From the NCBI GenBank assembly GCA_963706955.1, contig CAVPOC010000004.1, positions 64,001 to 128,000 on the forward strand: 64,000 nt of DNA, written 5' to 3'. Of the stretch, positions 29,874 through 41,325 are shown piece by piece. Every line of letters starts with the position of its first letter. Within the stretch, counting starts at the first letter, position 1. Both the position numbers and the translations under genes were made by a program. The notes beneath the pieces were generated by a model, which saw only the letters and a program-made list of their open reading frames with translations, was not told where the DNA came from and did no database searches. Source of the DNA: an uncultured Verrucomicrobiae bacterium (GTDB taxonomy: Bacteria > Verrucomicrobiota > Verrucomicrobiia > Chthoniobacterales > Terrimicrobiaceae).

Positions 29874-31166
29874 TTGATGAAGGAGTCCGCTATCAGTCGC
29901 AACATTCCTCTCTTCATTGCCTTTCGCGTACTTTTTAACGCGCGCTGGTATTATCCGGTTCTCGCGGTGCTCTTTCTAGATTTCGGACTGAGTGTCGAGC
30001 AGTATGCTTTGCTGAATGTCGCATGGGCGGCGGCGATCGTCGGTTTGGAGGTTCCCTCTGGCGCGATGGCGGATCGATTCGGCCGAAAGCGTATGGTCGT
30101 CTTGGCGGCGGGTTTAATGGTGGTCGAGATGGCGGTATTTGCCTTTGCCCCGACCGGTGATTCGACGCTCCTCTTTATCCTCTTTCTTCTAAATCGGCTG
30201 CTCAGTGGAGCGGCCGAAGCGAGCGCAAGCGGGGCTGACGAGGCGCTGGCTTACGATTCACTCGCCTTAGAAGGCCGCGCTAACGAGTGGCCAGCGGTGC
30301 TGGAACGCGTAATGCGCTGGCAGGCAGTCGCGTTCTTTCTCACAATGATCATCGGTGCGGCTGCCTACGACAAACAGTTCATCCAATGGATTCTGGTGGC
30401 GTTAGGAATTCGCTGGAATGTGACGCCAGAAATGGCAATGCGCCTTCCGATTTACCTTACCCTTGGCAATGCGGTGGTCGCTTTCTGGGTTGCGCTCAAT
30501 CTGCGCGAACCGAACGACCCGCATGCATCATCGTCCACGAATCGAACAACCTGGCGTCTCATTTTTGCGACTGGTCGATGGATCGCTCATGCTCCGTTGG
30601 CCTTTGGAGTCGTTCTTGCTGGAATGTGTTTCGACAGTGTTGTCCGGCTTTTCCTGACAATGGCCAGCAACTACTACCGCTTCATTGCGGTTCCTGAGGC
30701 GGCCTTCGGGTTGATCGGTTCCGGTTTCGCAGTCATCGGGTTCTTGACTCCGGCACTCGCCCGCCGACTTGTCGGGCGCTGGACCATTTCTTCGAACTTC
30801 GCGCTGGTCGCGTCGCTCACGCTGGCAGGTCTGGCGGGAACTAGCTTGGTCTGGCCAATCTGGGGTCTGCTCTGGCTGGTTCCGCTGGGGATGGCGATGT
30901 CTCTCACCCAGTTCTACGTATCGCACTACCTCAACGCCGCTGTCACGGATGCACGACAACGGGCAACTGTTCTCAGTTTTCGCGGGCTAGCCTTCAATTT
31001 GGCTTACGGCGGTGCGGGCCTGCTCTTCGCGGGCCTGACGCGTTTGTTAGGCAAATACAACGCCCCAGATGAGGTCTTCGCCAAAGCACTCGGATGGCTG
31101 CCATGGTATTTTATAGCGACTGTCGCAGGCCTCGCCATTTGTTGGAAGCGCCTGAAACTGCTTTAG
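29874..31166 (+). CDS. MFS transporter
   Basis: EVPSGAMADRFGRK motif A, SGADEALAYDSL, RATVLS; about 12 TM. Confidence 0.9.
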   Translation: MMKESAISRNIPLFIAFRVLFNARWYYPVLAVLFLDFGLSVEQYALLNVAWAAAIVGLEVPSGAMADRFGRKRMVVLAAGLMVVEMAVFAFAPTGDSTLLFILFLLNRLLSGAAEASASGADEALAYDSLALEGRANEWPAVLERVMRWQAVAFFLTMIIGAAAYDKQFIQWILVALGIRWNVTPEMAMRLPIYLTLGNAVVAFWVALNLREPNDPHASSSTNRTTWRLIFATGRWIAHAPLAFGVVLAGMCFDSVVRLFLTMASNYYRFIAVPEAAFGLIGSGFAVIGFLTPALARRLVGRWTISSNFALVASLTLAGLAGTSLVWPIWGLLWLVPLGMAMSLTQFYVSHYLNAAVTDARQRATVLSFRGLAFNLAYGGAGLLFAGLTRLLGKYNAPDEVFAKALGWLPWYFIATVAGLAICWKRLKLL

Positions 31167-31191
31167 TCTGCCGGCGACGCCTGCCGGCCGA

Positions 31192-31423
31192 TCAGTCAAC
31201 TTGCTGTTGCTTAACGTTAAAATGGCTGATCCAGCCGCATTTTAAGCAGATGGCGTGGCAAGCTTCGGAGTCCTTCCTCACTATCGACCAGCCGAGTTCT
31301 CCACACTTGACCGCGCCCGCACCGTGGACGAGTCTTCTTGGAAATGGTCTTCTCAATGGCGCACTTAACCATCGCTCCCGCCAGGACGGAGAAGACAACT
31401 CCGGTAATGAAAATCAAGGTCAT
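31192..31423 (-). CDS. Small TM-anchored Cys-rich (zinc-ribbon-like) hypothetical protein, probably frameshifted
   Basis: ORF 31217-31423 gives TM + RCG; ORF 31192-31398 continues AVKC...CHAICLKCGW. Confidence 0.4.
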
Positions 31424-31641
31424 AATTGTCTACCCGAAGGCTCCCTGCCAAGAACCGTTCGCTCGAATACGGACGGACTGTTCGAACGTCGCACGGGTAG
31501 CGAGATGCTTCTAGCGTGAAGTCGAATTTTAACAAACAAAAGTGTGGATACTCGCCTCCGCTGGACCGGCAGAAGCGACATACTTGACAAGTTCCAGTGT
31601 AGAAAGTAAAAATTGGTGTAAGTGTCCTCCAGCTGCAGGTC

Positions 31642-33527
31642 TTAAAATTCCACACGCTGTCCGAGCTCAACTGTCCGGTTGACTGGGAGCTTGAAAAACT
31701 CGGCCGGCCGTTGAGCGAGCCGGTTCATGGCAGAGTAAAGGACTTTATGCCAGCGAGCCATTCCTGGTTTGTTGGTGCAGACGAGGATTTCTCGACCCAG
31801 GAAGAAGCTGGTTTTTTCCTCTTCGATCACGAAATTCTTCAGAGCGCAGCATTCAATCACCTCGCCGAGGGTCGGCGTTTCCATAAAGCCGAAGTGGGCG
31901 ACGACTCGGTAAAATCCGTCAGACAGGTCGGTGATTTCTATTCGGGAGAGTTTTGAGACATAGGGGATTCGGTCGGTGCGAATCGTCAGAACCACATTGC
32001 GGTCGTGAAGCACCTTGTTGTGCTTCAGGTTGTGCAGGAGCGATCCTGGGGTTCCACGGGCCTGTCCGGCCAGAAAAACGGCGGTTCCGGGCACGCGGGC
32101 AGGGATAGCTGAGTGTTGGCGCTGGGGGGAGTAGAGGCGACGAATTCTCTCAAGGAAAGAGTCTCCGGGAAGCTCTTGCTCAGCAAGTGCCGACCCCTCT
32201 TCCAGGTGGTCATCATCAGGAAGACAACTCCGCCGATGGCCAAGGGCATCCATCCACCCTCCGCAATTTTGGTGCTATTCGCCGCGAGGAACGCGAACTC
32301 AATACCCAGGAACGGAGCGCAGAGGACGGTAGCGCGAAGAACGCTCCATTTCCAGATGCGTCGCACGGCAAAGTAGAGCAGGAGGGTCGTTGCTATCATC
32401 GTTAAGGTGACGGCGATGCCATAGGCACTGGCGAGCGCATCACTGCTGCGGAAGATGATCACGAGGGCAATGCAACCCACCGCCAGCAGAGCATTGATTT
32501 GGGGAATGTAGATCTGCCCATGTTCTTCGTGCGAGGTGTGTCGTATGTTGATGAAGGGTGTGTAGCCCATCTGGACGGACTGCATGGTCAGGGAGAATGC
32601 TCCCGAAATCAAAGCCTGGGAAGCGATCACGGCCGCGACGGTCGCCAGGGCGATCATCGGCCAGAGCAACCAGCCGGGCACCATGTGAAAGAATGGATTT
32701 TCTCGCGCGGTTGGATCTCGTAAGACGAGCGCTCCCTGCCCGAGATAGTTCAGAATCAGTGCCGGAAAAACGACCCAATACCAAGCCAGCACGATCGGTT
32801 TTCGTCCGAAGTGTCCCAAATCCGCGTAGAGCGCCTCCGCGCCTGTAGTCACAAGAAAGACACCGCCCAGGATAACCAGCGTCTCCCACCCGTGGATGGC
32901 AAGAAACCGGATGGCATAGAAGGGGTTAATGGCGGCGAGCACTTCCGGAGAGTCCACCACCTGTCGAATGCCCGTGACTGCAAGGATCAGGAACCACACC
33001 AACATGATTGGGCCGAAAAGCTTTGCCACTGACTCGGTTCCTTTTCGCTGCAAACTGAAGAGGCCTACCAGGATCAGAATGGTCAAGGGCACTGTGAAGT
33101 GCTCCAGCCAGGGTGCGGCGACGATCAGCCCTTCGGTCGCGGAAAGCACCGAAATTGCTGGTGTAATTACGCCATCTCCGTAAAGGAGCGCCGCTCCGGA
33201 AACTCCGATCACGATCATCAGAGCGGCCAATTTTGATTTGGAGCCCTCGCTAATGCTCTCGGGAAAAGCCAGCGAAAGTAGAGCCAGAATCCCTCCCTCT
33301 CCATGATTGTCGGCACGGGTGACGAAGGTCAGATACTTGACCGTTCCGAGGAGGATTAAGGTCCATATAATCAGCGAGAGAATCCCAAGGATGCCTTCAT
33401 CATGTTGGCTGACACCAAAGGAAAGGCATTCGCGAAACGCGTAGAGAACCGAAGTTCCAATGTCGCCGTAGACAACGCCCAGCGCTCCCAGCGCGCTGCG
33501 TAGCGAGGCACGGTTGGTTTCCGACAT
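31642..33527 (-). CDS. kup: KUP/HAK/KT potassium transporter, frameshift near 32130
   Basis: GVVYGDIGTS, ADNHGEGG, GDGVITPAISVLSA, GAEALYADLGHFG, GQIYIP, SAYG, C-terminal VELGQRVEF. Confidence 0.94.
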
Positions 33528-33861
33528 TGAGAGGAATAGAAGAGCAGCAACTCCTCCATTTGAAAAGCCGGCTTCGCGAGTGGCTCGTTGCCATCGGTGT
33601 TAACTGGGAGTCTTTTGCTTTTTTCCCAGGCAGTCGGGAACCATGCTAGAATCAAAGGGGAGGCAATAGCCGGTCGGTAAGGAAATTCCGGCAAGTGCGA
33701 CGAATGGAAAACCCAAGTTTCCTCCGACCCGATTACTACACCTAATGCATAGCCCCAAGCACTTCAGCTTGCTGAACTCGAAGCGCGCTGCGGGGCCAAT
33801 CAATTTGCACCCTGTTTGTTGTTTTCAGACGTAGAGTAGTTGGCCACAACAACATGTGATC

Positions 33862-35629
33862 ATGAACGCCGCTGAAGAGAAGTCGCTCGAGTCTGCTTCA
33901 AACCAGGAGTCTCTGGCTCCACAGCCAGCCAATGGCACGTCCACGGAGGCGCCAGCGAGCGGCTCAACCTCAACATGGTTTGCCTTGCGCAATCCGGTCT
34001 TTTGCCGGCTTTGGGTGGCGACGCTTCTCTCTGGGACGTTCGTTTCCTCCCAGGATGTTACTGCGACATGGCTGATGCACGATCTTGGCGCATCACCCTT
34101 CTGGCTCTCCCTTATGGCGACAGCTGCGTCAGCGCCGTTCTTCTTATTTACGCTTACCTGCGGGTGCTGTCGCGGACATTGTCAACCGGCGGACGGTCAT
34201 TATCAGCGCGGTCCTTTGGCAAGCAGGATGGTCGGTAATTCTCGCATTCGCCGCGTTCACGAACTTGATCAACCCAAGCGCTGTGCTGGCTTGCATTTTT
34301 GCCCTCGGCATCGGTCTGGCCTTTGGAGCTCCGGTTTGGGGGGCGGTCGTTCCCGATATCGTCAACAAAGAGGAACTGCCCTCCGCGATTACGCTGGGTG
34401 GAGTTCAATTGAACCTCTCTGGAATTGTCGGTCCCGCCCTCGGCGGATTTCTTCTTCCAGTGCTTGGTGCACCACTCGTCATCTCCTTCAATGCTTTCGC
34501 TTTCGTGATCGTCGCTTTCGTGATCATGCAATGGAGGCCGCGACAGGCGCAAGCGACCGGATTGCGCGAAAATTTTACGGAATCGTTCATCAGTTCACTG
34601 CGTTACGCCCGCAATTCCCAGCGGATGAAGGTGATTCTTTTTCGCAACGTTTTGTTCTCGGCGGTGATCTCTGCCATTCCGGCGCTCTTGCCGATCATCG
34701 CACTTCGAGCGTGTGCTTGTTCGGCTTCTCAGCTGGGACTCATTTTTGCCTGCGTCGGGGCGGGATCGCTTGGTGGGGCAATGTTCGTCCTGCCGTTCCT
34801 TCGGAAGCGTTTTTCTGCGAATGCGATCGTCTCGATCAGTGTTGCCATATTGCTCGTCGTCTATCTGGCGATGGCGTTTACCCAGGAGGTCCCTCCGCTC
34901 ATGGTTTCGACGACCTTGGCCGGTGTCGCCTGGTCGCTGGCGGGCGCGGAGCTTTGGGTCGCCGGCCAGCGGGTGATGCCCAGCTGGGTTCGCGGGAGGA
35001 TGAATGCGTTCCTGATCATGCTCGGGCAGGGCGGTATGGCGCTTGGGGCAATTCTCTGGGCGACAGGCGTGGCGAATGTGGGCCTTGACCTAACCTTCGT
35101 TGGGGCGGCAGCGATGGCGCTGGTCGTCCTCGGCCTCGGGCTGCGTTTTTCGATCAACTTCGCCGTCGAAGCCCATGTTGAGGAGGCACCGCTGGACTAC
35201 GCGCATGAGTTGGAGATTCTTCCCAAACACGAGGAGGGTCCGATCACCATCACGATCGACTATCTTATCGCACACGAAGATCGAGAGCAGTTTCGCCTCC
35301 TGACGCATGAGGTCCAAGCCGCTCTTCGACGTAATGGCGCCTTCGAGTGCCGTGTTGATGAGAGTCTTGATCAGAGTGGCATTTTCCGTCTGGAGTACCA
35401 GGTCTCGACATGGGCGGAACACCTTCGTTTGCGAAAGCGAATGACGGTGGAGGAGACCGAAGCCTATAAAAAGGCATGGAGTTTGCATTCCGAGGATTCC
35501 GAGCCAGTCGTGCGGCATTTCCGATCGACTTACAGGGTGATGCATCTGCCCGGCTTCGGTGTTTCCGGCCGCACTTTCGTAAATACATCGCGAATGCCGA
35601 AGCCACGAATGCTTTCGGCAGCATCCTAG
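33862..35629 (+). CDS. MFS transporter with C-terminal soluble domain, frameshift near 34158
   Basis: LRNPVFCRLW...LPAGAVADIVNRR, PSWVRGR, C-terminal GPITITIDY..RRNGA..TWAEHLR. Confidence 0.88.
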
Positions 35630-35731
35630 TCGTAGCGGGAATCCTGCCCTTATAAGGTGCGCGAACTAGTCGAAAAGCCCTGGAGAGTGTCCCTTCAGGC
35701 TCGAGCACTTCAGCAGAATGTTATCCAGCGC

Positions 35732-36415
35732 CTACGTCTCGGGTTCAGCCAGTAAGGCTTCGATCTTCTTCTCCAAGGCTTGGTAACCGATCTCTCCTTT
35801 GAAGAACGCTCCGCCGGCGTGGACGTGTCTAACCGTGCCGCCTCGATCGAGAAGGATACTTATCGACGTCCAGCCACGTTCATGTTTGTCGAGCCACCAT
35901 CTCCGTAACGTTGACCATTCGCGATCAATGGCCACCGGAAACGCGATGTTTAGTCCCCGAATCTGCTCCTTCACATGAGCGAGTGTCAGGGGCGCTGGTG
36001 ATTTGTGGTGATAAAATCCCAGCACGACCAGACCACGATCACGATACTTCCGTGCGAACTCGTTGAGCGCGGGAATGCTCGCTTCGCAAAATGGACAACC
36101 CGGCGCAGTCCACCAGCGGATGAGGACTACCTGTCCGCGCATTGAATCTAAAGTAAGAGGTTTCGAGTTGATCCATTCGCCGACATCCCATTTTTCAAAT
36201 CGGCGGCCGATCAAGTCACTTCCAGCTTCGGCGGGAGCGGAATAGACCTTCACACCCGCCAAAGACTTAGGGAATTCGGTGCCGTGGGCATTCATTACAA
36301 TTAGACCATGGAGGGAGAGCGCAAGAGACCCTAAGGCAACTTCCCAAAATTTGGCGAAACGAGATGGCTTAGTGATTGACAATTTGCGTCCTGAAAAGCT
36401 TGCGATTCTTCCCAT
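35732..36415 (-). CDS. TlpA-like redoxin / thioredoxin-fold protein
   Basis: WINSKPLTLDSMRGQVVL, CPFC, FPVAID; start uncertain. Confidence 0.82.
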   Translation of the reverse strand: MGRIASFSGRKLSITKPSRFAKFWEVALGSLALSLHGLIVMNAHGTEFPKSLAGVKVYSAPAEAGSDLIGRRFEKWDVGEWINSKPLTLDSMRGQVVLIRWWTAPGCPFCEASIPALNEFARKYRDRGLVVLGFYHHKSPAPLTLAHVKEQIRGLNIAFPVAIDREWSTLRRWWLDKHERGWTSISILLDRGGTVRHVHAGGAFFKGEIGYQALEKKIEALLAEPET

Positions 36416-36421
36416 TTTACT

Positions 36422-37399
36422 TCAAGGCATCGGCGCACCTCGCGCCGCCGCAAACAGCGAGTACCACTCCTCACGGCTGAGTGAGACGCTCAGCGCCTGA
36501 GCGCATGAGCGCAGTCGATCGGGCCGGGTAGTTCCGAGGACCGGCTGGATCTTGGCGGGATGTTTGAGGAGCCAGGCAAGTAAAATAGCCTCGATGCTCG
36601 TTTGCTGACGCTCGGCATATTCACGCACCAGTGTGCCGGCCTTCCGAATGCTTTCCGGTTGGCCATCAAGCGTTCCTGCGAAAACCCCTTGCGCCAGCGG
36701 GCTCCAGGCTTGGAGCAAGACACCCTGCAATCGGCAATACTCCATAGTCCCTTCCCACCCGTCCGGATAGCGTGGTGAGGCTTGGTTGAAAGATATCCCC
36801 AACTCGACGAACCCGTGATGCAAGAGATTCATCTCGACCTGATTCGCGACCAGCGGGAAGGGAAGGAACGATTGAAGATATTCCATCTGGAATCGGTTCT
36901 GGTTGGAGACACCGAAATAGAGGACTTTGCCTGACGAGCGAAGCTTTTCGAACGCGTCAGCGATTTCTTCTCCTTCCCAGAGACAGTCAGGGCGGTGTAG
37001 CAGGAGAATCTCCAGCCGGTCGGTGCCAAGTCGGCTTAAAATGGCATCCACACTTTCGAGGATATGATCGCGGCTGAAATCGAAGCGTTGTGGCGTCCCC
37101 GGTGGATCATTCTCCCAGCGAATGCCGCATTTGGACTGGAGAACGATTCGGTCTCTCAGCGACGGTCTTTCCCGCAGCACCCGACCGAAAACTTCTTCAG
37201 ATCGCCCGCGGCCATAGATGTTGGCGTGATCGAAAAAATTGATGCCAATTTCTTCGGCGGTATCGAGGAAGGCACGCGTCGTCTGCTCGTGCTCCGCCGT
37301 CAATTTAGTCTCGCTGTCGAACCCTCCTCCCAGTCCCATGCAACCCATGGCGAGGCGAGATACTTCCAGATCGGTGTGAGGAATTTTGATTTTTTCCAT
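36422..37399 (-). CDS. Aldo/keto reductase (YdhF-like)
   Basis: FFDHANIYG, LQSKCGI, LLLHRPD, GVSN, AWSPL, WLLKHP. Confidence 0.92.
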   Translation of the reverse strand: MEKIKIPHTDLEVSRLAMGCMGLGGGFDSETKLTAEHEQTTRAFLDTAEEIGINFFDHANIYGRGRSEEVFGRVLRERPSLRDRIVLQSKCGIRWENDPPGTPQRFDFSRDHILESVDAILSRLGTDRLEILLLHRPDCLWEGEEIADAFEKLRSSGKVLYFGVSNQNRFQMEYLQSFLPFPLVANQVEMNLLHHGFVELGISFNQASPRYPDGWEGTMEYCRLQGVLLQAWSPLAQGVFAGTLDGQPESIRKAGTLVREYAERQQTSIEAILLAWLLKHPAKIQPVLGTTRPDRLRSCAQALSVSLSREEWYSLFAAARGAPMP

Positions 37400-37414
37400 A
37401 GAGGTGTTTCCTAG

Positions 37415-38414
37415 TTACCAGGCGTAGGCCTGTGGCGCTTCGCCGCCGGGGCCCGGGAAGATTGCGTCAAGTTCCTTGAGGGTTTCTGGGGCCAGGGAGA
37501 TCTCAGTCGCTCGCAAGGAAGACTCGAGTTGCTCGATAGTCCGCGGGCCAATAATGGGAGCGGTCACGATTGGATTATGCAAAAGCCACGCCAACGCGAC
37601 GGCGGCAGGAGGCTCGACCGAGCCGTTTGCACAGCGATTCATACCTTTCCAGCTTTGGCCGATGCTCGTCGATTTCCTTTCGCGCTTCGTCGTCGGTGCG
37701 TCGACCGCTTTGTAGTTTTTCGAGCGCGCCACCGAGAAGGCCGCCGCCGAGAGGACTCCATGGAATCAGGCCGAGGCCGTAATATCTGCAAGCGGGGATG
37801 ACCTCCAGTTCAACGGTCCGGTTATTCAAGTGATAAATGCTTTGCTCGCTGCTTAAGCCCATCAGACCCCTTCGGGCAGCCTCCTGGCAAGCCGTAGCGA
37901 TGTCCCAGCCGGCGAAGTTGCTAGATCCAATATAAGCAACTTTCCCTTGGTTTCCCAGTTGAGCAAAGGCCTGCCAAATTTCATCCCAGGGACAGTCACG
38001 ATCGACGTGATGCATCTGATAAAGATCGAGGTGATCGGTCTGAAGCCGCTGCAAACTCGCCTCGCAATGTTTTCGAATTTTATAGGCAGAAAGCCCGCGA
38101 GTCAGGGTGTTCGGCTCGGGGAGAGCTTGCTTGCGCTCGACTGCCCCGAAGACTTTGGTGGCGAGGACAACTGCATCCCGACGCCCACCCCCCTGAGCGA
38201 ACCAGCGGCCAATGATCGCCTCAGTGTCGCCCCGCTCGCCACCCCAGCCATAGACATCCGCAGTGTCGAAAAAGTTAATTCCGAGCTCCAAGGCCCGGTC
38301 CATGATGCGGAAGCTATCCTCCTCTGACGTATGCCAGCCGAAATTCATCGTGCCGAGGCAGAGATTGCTCACCAAAACTCCGTGTTTGCCCAGACGTCTA
38401 TGTTGGATGGCCAT
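37415..38414 (-). CDS. Aldo/keto reductase, frameshifted near the C-terminus
   Basis: LCLGTMNFG, FFDTADVYG, VLATKV, DLYQMHH, GSSNF, PWSPLGGG; tail ALAWLLHNP..APQAYAW. Confidence 0.9.
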
Positions 38415-38489
38415 GCGCCAATGTCTTTCTAAGCCAGAAATATCGCAAGATCCGAGAAACAATCGGTTGTCTTTTCGACGCCGGTCGTC

Positions 38490-39191
38490 TCAAAGACAAA
38501 GGATGGTTAGCTTTCTCGGACCGTGCGCCCCGAGCACGAGGATTCGCTCGATGTCGCCGGTCCGGCTCGGACCCGTGATGAAGGAAATCAAACTGGGATA
38601 GTCGGATTGGTACTTGCTCTTCAGTAATGCGAAGGCGGCGGGCAGGTCCGGAAGGAGTTGATCGCGGCGCGCTAGCACCACATGGTGAGGGGGCAGAATG
38701 GAAAGAGCGCGACCGCCCGAACTTCGGCTCGAGACGAGCACGCTGCCGGTTTGCGCGATGAGCGCTTCACATTGGCTGATGCCAGCATCGCAAGATTCCA
38801 GCTCGCGCACATCGTAATCCGCGTCGGTAGTTATCCAAGGCAGGCTGAGCGCGGCGCAAGCGCGGTCCGTCAGCTCCCCGGAGTGTGTGGCCACTTTTTT
38901 CCAATCTGCGCTGGCAGCCACGCCGCGGAGATGGTCTTCCATTTCGATCTCACCTCCGAGCAGGTGAAATTCGGCCTTCAGATCCAGAGCGTTTGCGCGG
39001 AAGAGTTCAACGCGTTGTTCGAATGTCTCTCCGACCGGAGGGAGCCACTCGGAGATGTGCTTCGCGGCTTCCGCTTCGGAAACGGTATCTGCTTTTGGAA
39101 TATCGTTGCTGGCGGCATGTGTGCCGGGGATCGGTGCCTGCACCCGGAGTGCTTCCCGAATTCGGCCGAAAATGTTTGCCCGCTCGTTCAT
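38490..39191 (-). CDS. lutC: Lactate utilization protein LutC/YkgG (LUD domain)
   Basis: LIAQTGS, SILPPHHV, FITGPSRTGDIE..LVLGAHGP. Confidence 0.9.
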   Translation of the reverse strand: MNERANIFGRIREALRVQAPIPGTHAASNDIPKADTVSEAEAAKHISEWLPPVGETFEQRVELFRANALDLKAEFHLLGGEIEMEDHLRGVAASADWKKVATHSGELTDRACAALSLPWITTDADYDVRELESCDAGISQCEALIAQTGSVLVSSRSSGGRALSILPPHHVVLARRDQLLPDLPAAFALLKSKYQSDYPSLISFITGPSRTGDIERILVLGAHGPRKLTILCL

Positions 39192-40585
39192 CGTTTTCGA
39201 GAACGCCAAAACTCCTTGAATGTTTGCTTCGCAACCTTCGGCAGTTCGCGCGAGCGAGTCCATGGACGGGCGGGGTCGAGCAGTGTCCCTTTAATCAGAG
39301 GATGAAATTTCTGCGCCAGGCGGGCCACTGACGGAGCCAAGGCGACGAGCCAGGGATGATCCATCAGGCAGGCGAAGCCTCTGAAAGCGAGGCGTTCCCA
39401 CCAGACCGGATAGCGCACCATCGCGTTCCGCCGGCCTTGCAGGAGATGATGGTGCAGGTTGATTTTAACAGGACACGCCTCGGTACAGGCGCCGCACAGC
39501 GAGGAGGCATACGAGAGATGTTTCCATTCCTGCAGACCGCGTAGATGCGGCGTGATCACCGAACCGATCGGCCCCTGATAGGTCGTCCCGTAGGTGTGGC
39601 CGCCCACGTTACGGTAAATCGGGCAGACGTTCAGGCAAGCGCCGCAACGGATGCAATGAAGCGCGTCGCGTTGCTCCGCGTCGGCGAGCAGGTGCGTGCG
39701 TTTGTTGTCCAGCAGGACCAGGTGAAACTCGTCCGGCCCATCCGGTTCACCCGGTTGGCGCGGTCCGGCATACAGGGAATTGTAAGCGGTCAGCGCCTGT
39801 CCGGCGCCAGCAGTTGCCAGCATCGGCATAAAGAGGGCGAGATCTTCGAGTTTCGGCAGAACCTTTTCGATCCCCATCAAGGCGATATGGACTTTGGGCA
39901 GCGCGCAGGTGAGCCGGGCATTGCCTTCATTTTCGGTGATGGAAATCATGCCGGTTTCGGCGATCGCGAAATTGGCTCCGGTAATTCCGATGTCCGCGGT
40001 GATGTACTTGTTGCGCAGAATCCCCCGCGCGATCATCATCAATTCCTCCGGATCGTTAGTTGGTTTAGAGCCAAGCTTCTCCTCGAACAGCTGGCTGATC
40101 TCTCCTCGCACCAGATGCATTGCGGGAAAGACGAAATGGTAAGGAGCCTCGTGCCGGAGCTGAACGATGTACTCTCCAAAATCACTTTCCACGACGCTGA
40201 GCCCTGCCTTCTCGAGGGCTTCGTTGAGATGGATCTCCTCGCCGGTCATCACCTTCGACTTGATGATGGAGCGCGCGTTCTTCTCGCGAACGATGCCAAG
40301 GATTATCTGACGGGCTTGCTCACTGGTGCTGGCCCAATGCACGTGCGCTCCGCGCGCCTCGAGTTTGTTCGCAAATTCTTCGAGGTAGGTGTCGAGATGA
40401 TTGACCGCATCCCACTTGATTTCCGCGGCCGTTTGCCGCGCTGATTGCCAGTCCTGGTAGCGAGACTTCTTCGAATCGCGCGCCACCTCATATTTCTTGA
40501 GAGCCGTCTGGATGAGCGAGCGATGTCGCAGGTCATGCGTGAGGCGCTCGGCATCGTGTTTGAATTGTTGGGAGGCAACGCTCAT
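39188..40585 (-). CDS. lutB: Lactate utilization Fe-S protein LutB/LldF
   Basis: ESDFGEYIVQL, ENEGN, CIRCGACLNVCP, YQGPIG, SSLCGACTEACPVKI. Confidence 0.93.
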   Translation of the reverse strand: MSVASQQFKHDAERLTHDLRHRSLIQTALKKYEVARDSKKSRYQDWQSARQTAAEIKWDAVNHLDTYLEEFANKLEARGAHVHWASTSEQARQIILGIVREKNARSIIKSKVMTGEEIHLNEALEKAGLSVVESDFGEYIVQLRHEAPYHFVFPAMHLVRGEISQLFEEKLGSKPTNDPEELMMIARGILRNKYITADIGITGANFAIAETGMISITENEGNARLTCALPKVHIALMGIEKVLPKLEDLALFMPMLATAGAGQALTAYNSLYAGPRQPGEPDGPDEFHLVLLDNKRTHLLADAEQRDALHCIRCGACLNVCPIYRNVGGHTYGTTYQGPIGSVITPHLRGLQEWKHLSYASSLCGACTEACPVKINLHHHLLQGRRNAMVRYPVWWERLAFRGFACLMDHPWLVALAPSVARLAQKFHPLIKGTLLDPARPWTRSRELPKVAKQTFKEFWRSRKR

Positions 40586-41299
40586 CGGGAGTTGAGGACC
40601 TCCGCGAGATGAATCGTGCGGAGGGAAAGGCGTTGTCGGTCTGCTAATCCCTGAATGTGCATATTGCAACTGGCATCGTTCGAAACGACATACTCGGCGC
40701 CGGTCTCAAGCGCCGAGGTGCATTTGACTTCTCCCATCGCAGTTGAGATCATCGGAAACTTAGCGGAAAACATTCCGCCAAACCCGCAGCACGTCTCCGC
40801 TTCGGTCATCTCGACCAGATCCAGGCCTCGGACCTTGGCGAGCAATTCGCGCGGCTGCTTCTTATTGCCGAGTTCACGAAGTCCATGGCAGCCATCGTGG
40901 AAGGTTACCCGATGCGGAAAGTGTGCGCCGAGGTCAGTGACGCCCAATCTGGTTACTAGAAAATCGCTGAATTCATAGCATCTCGGCGGCCAGTTCGTTC
41001 GCCGCCCGGGCATGCGCTGTGTTTGCAAAGAGCTCTGGATAGAACTTCTTGAGCATGGCCCCGCACGAGCCCGAGGCGATAACTACCGCCTCGGCGTCCT
41101 TCAGGCGTTCCAGGACTCGCTCGGCCATCGGCCGCGTTTCGTTCCAGTAGCCCGAATTGAAGGCCGGCTGCCCGCAGCAAGCAAGTTCCTCTGGATAGTC
41201 GATAGCATGCCCGAGCCGCTCAAGGATCTGCACGATGCTGATGCCCACGCGCGGAAAGCACATGTCGACGAAACAGGGAATGAAGAGCGTGACTTTCAA
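40582..41299 (-). CDS. lutA: Lactate utilization protein LutA (CCG domains), frameshift near 40980
   Basis: FIPCFVD, CCGQPAFNSG, SGSC, HDGCHGLREL, CCGFGGMFS, DASCNMHI. Confidence 0.9.
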
Positions 41300-41325
41300 T
41301 GCGAGGGCGATGCAGGCTTCGCGTC

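Noticed and set aside
33528..33861. c-di-AMP (ydaO) riboswitch upstream of kup
   Set aside because: Could not find the conserved GCTGAA...GGGGGA core on the kup strand.
13966..35700. Genomic island integrated at the tRNA
   Set aside because: No integrase, no visible duplicated tRNA 3' end and no obvious compositional shift.
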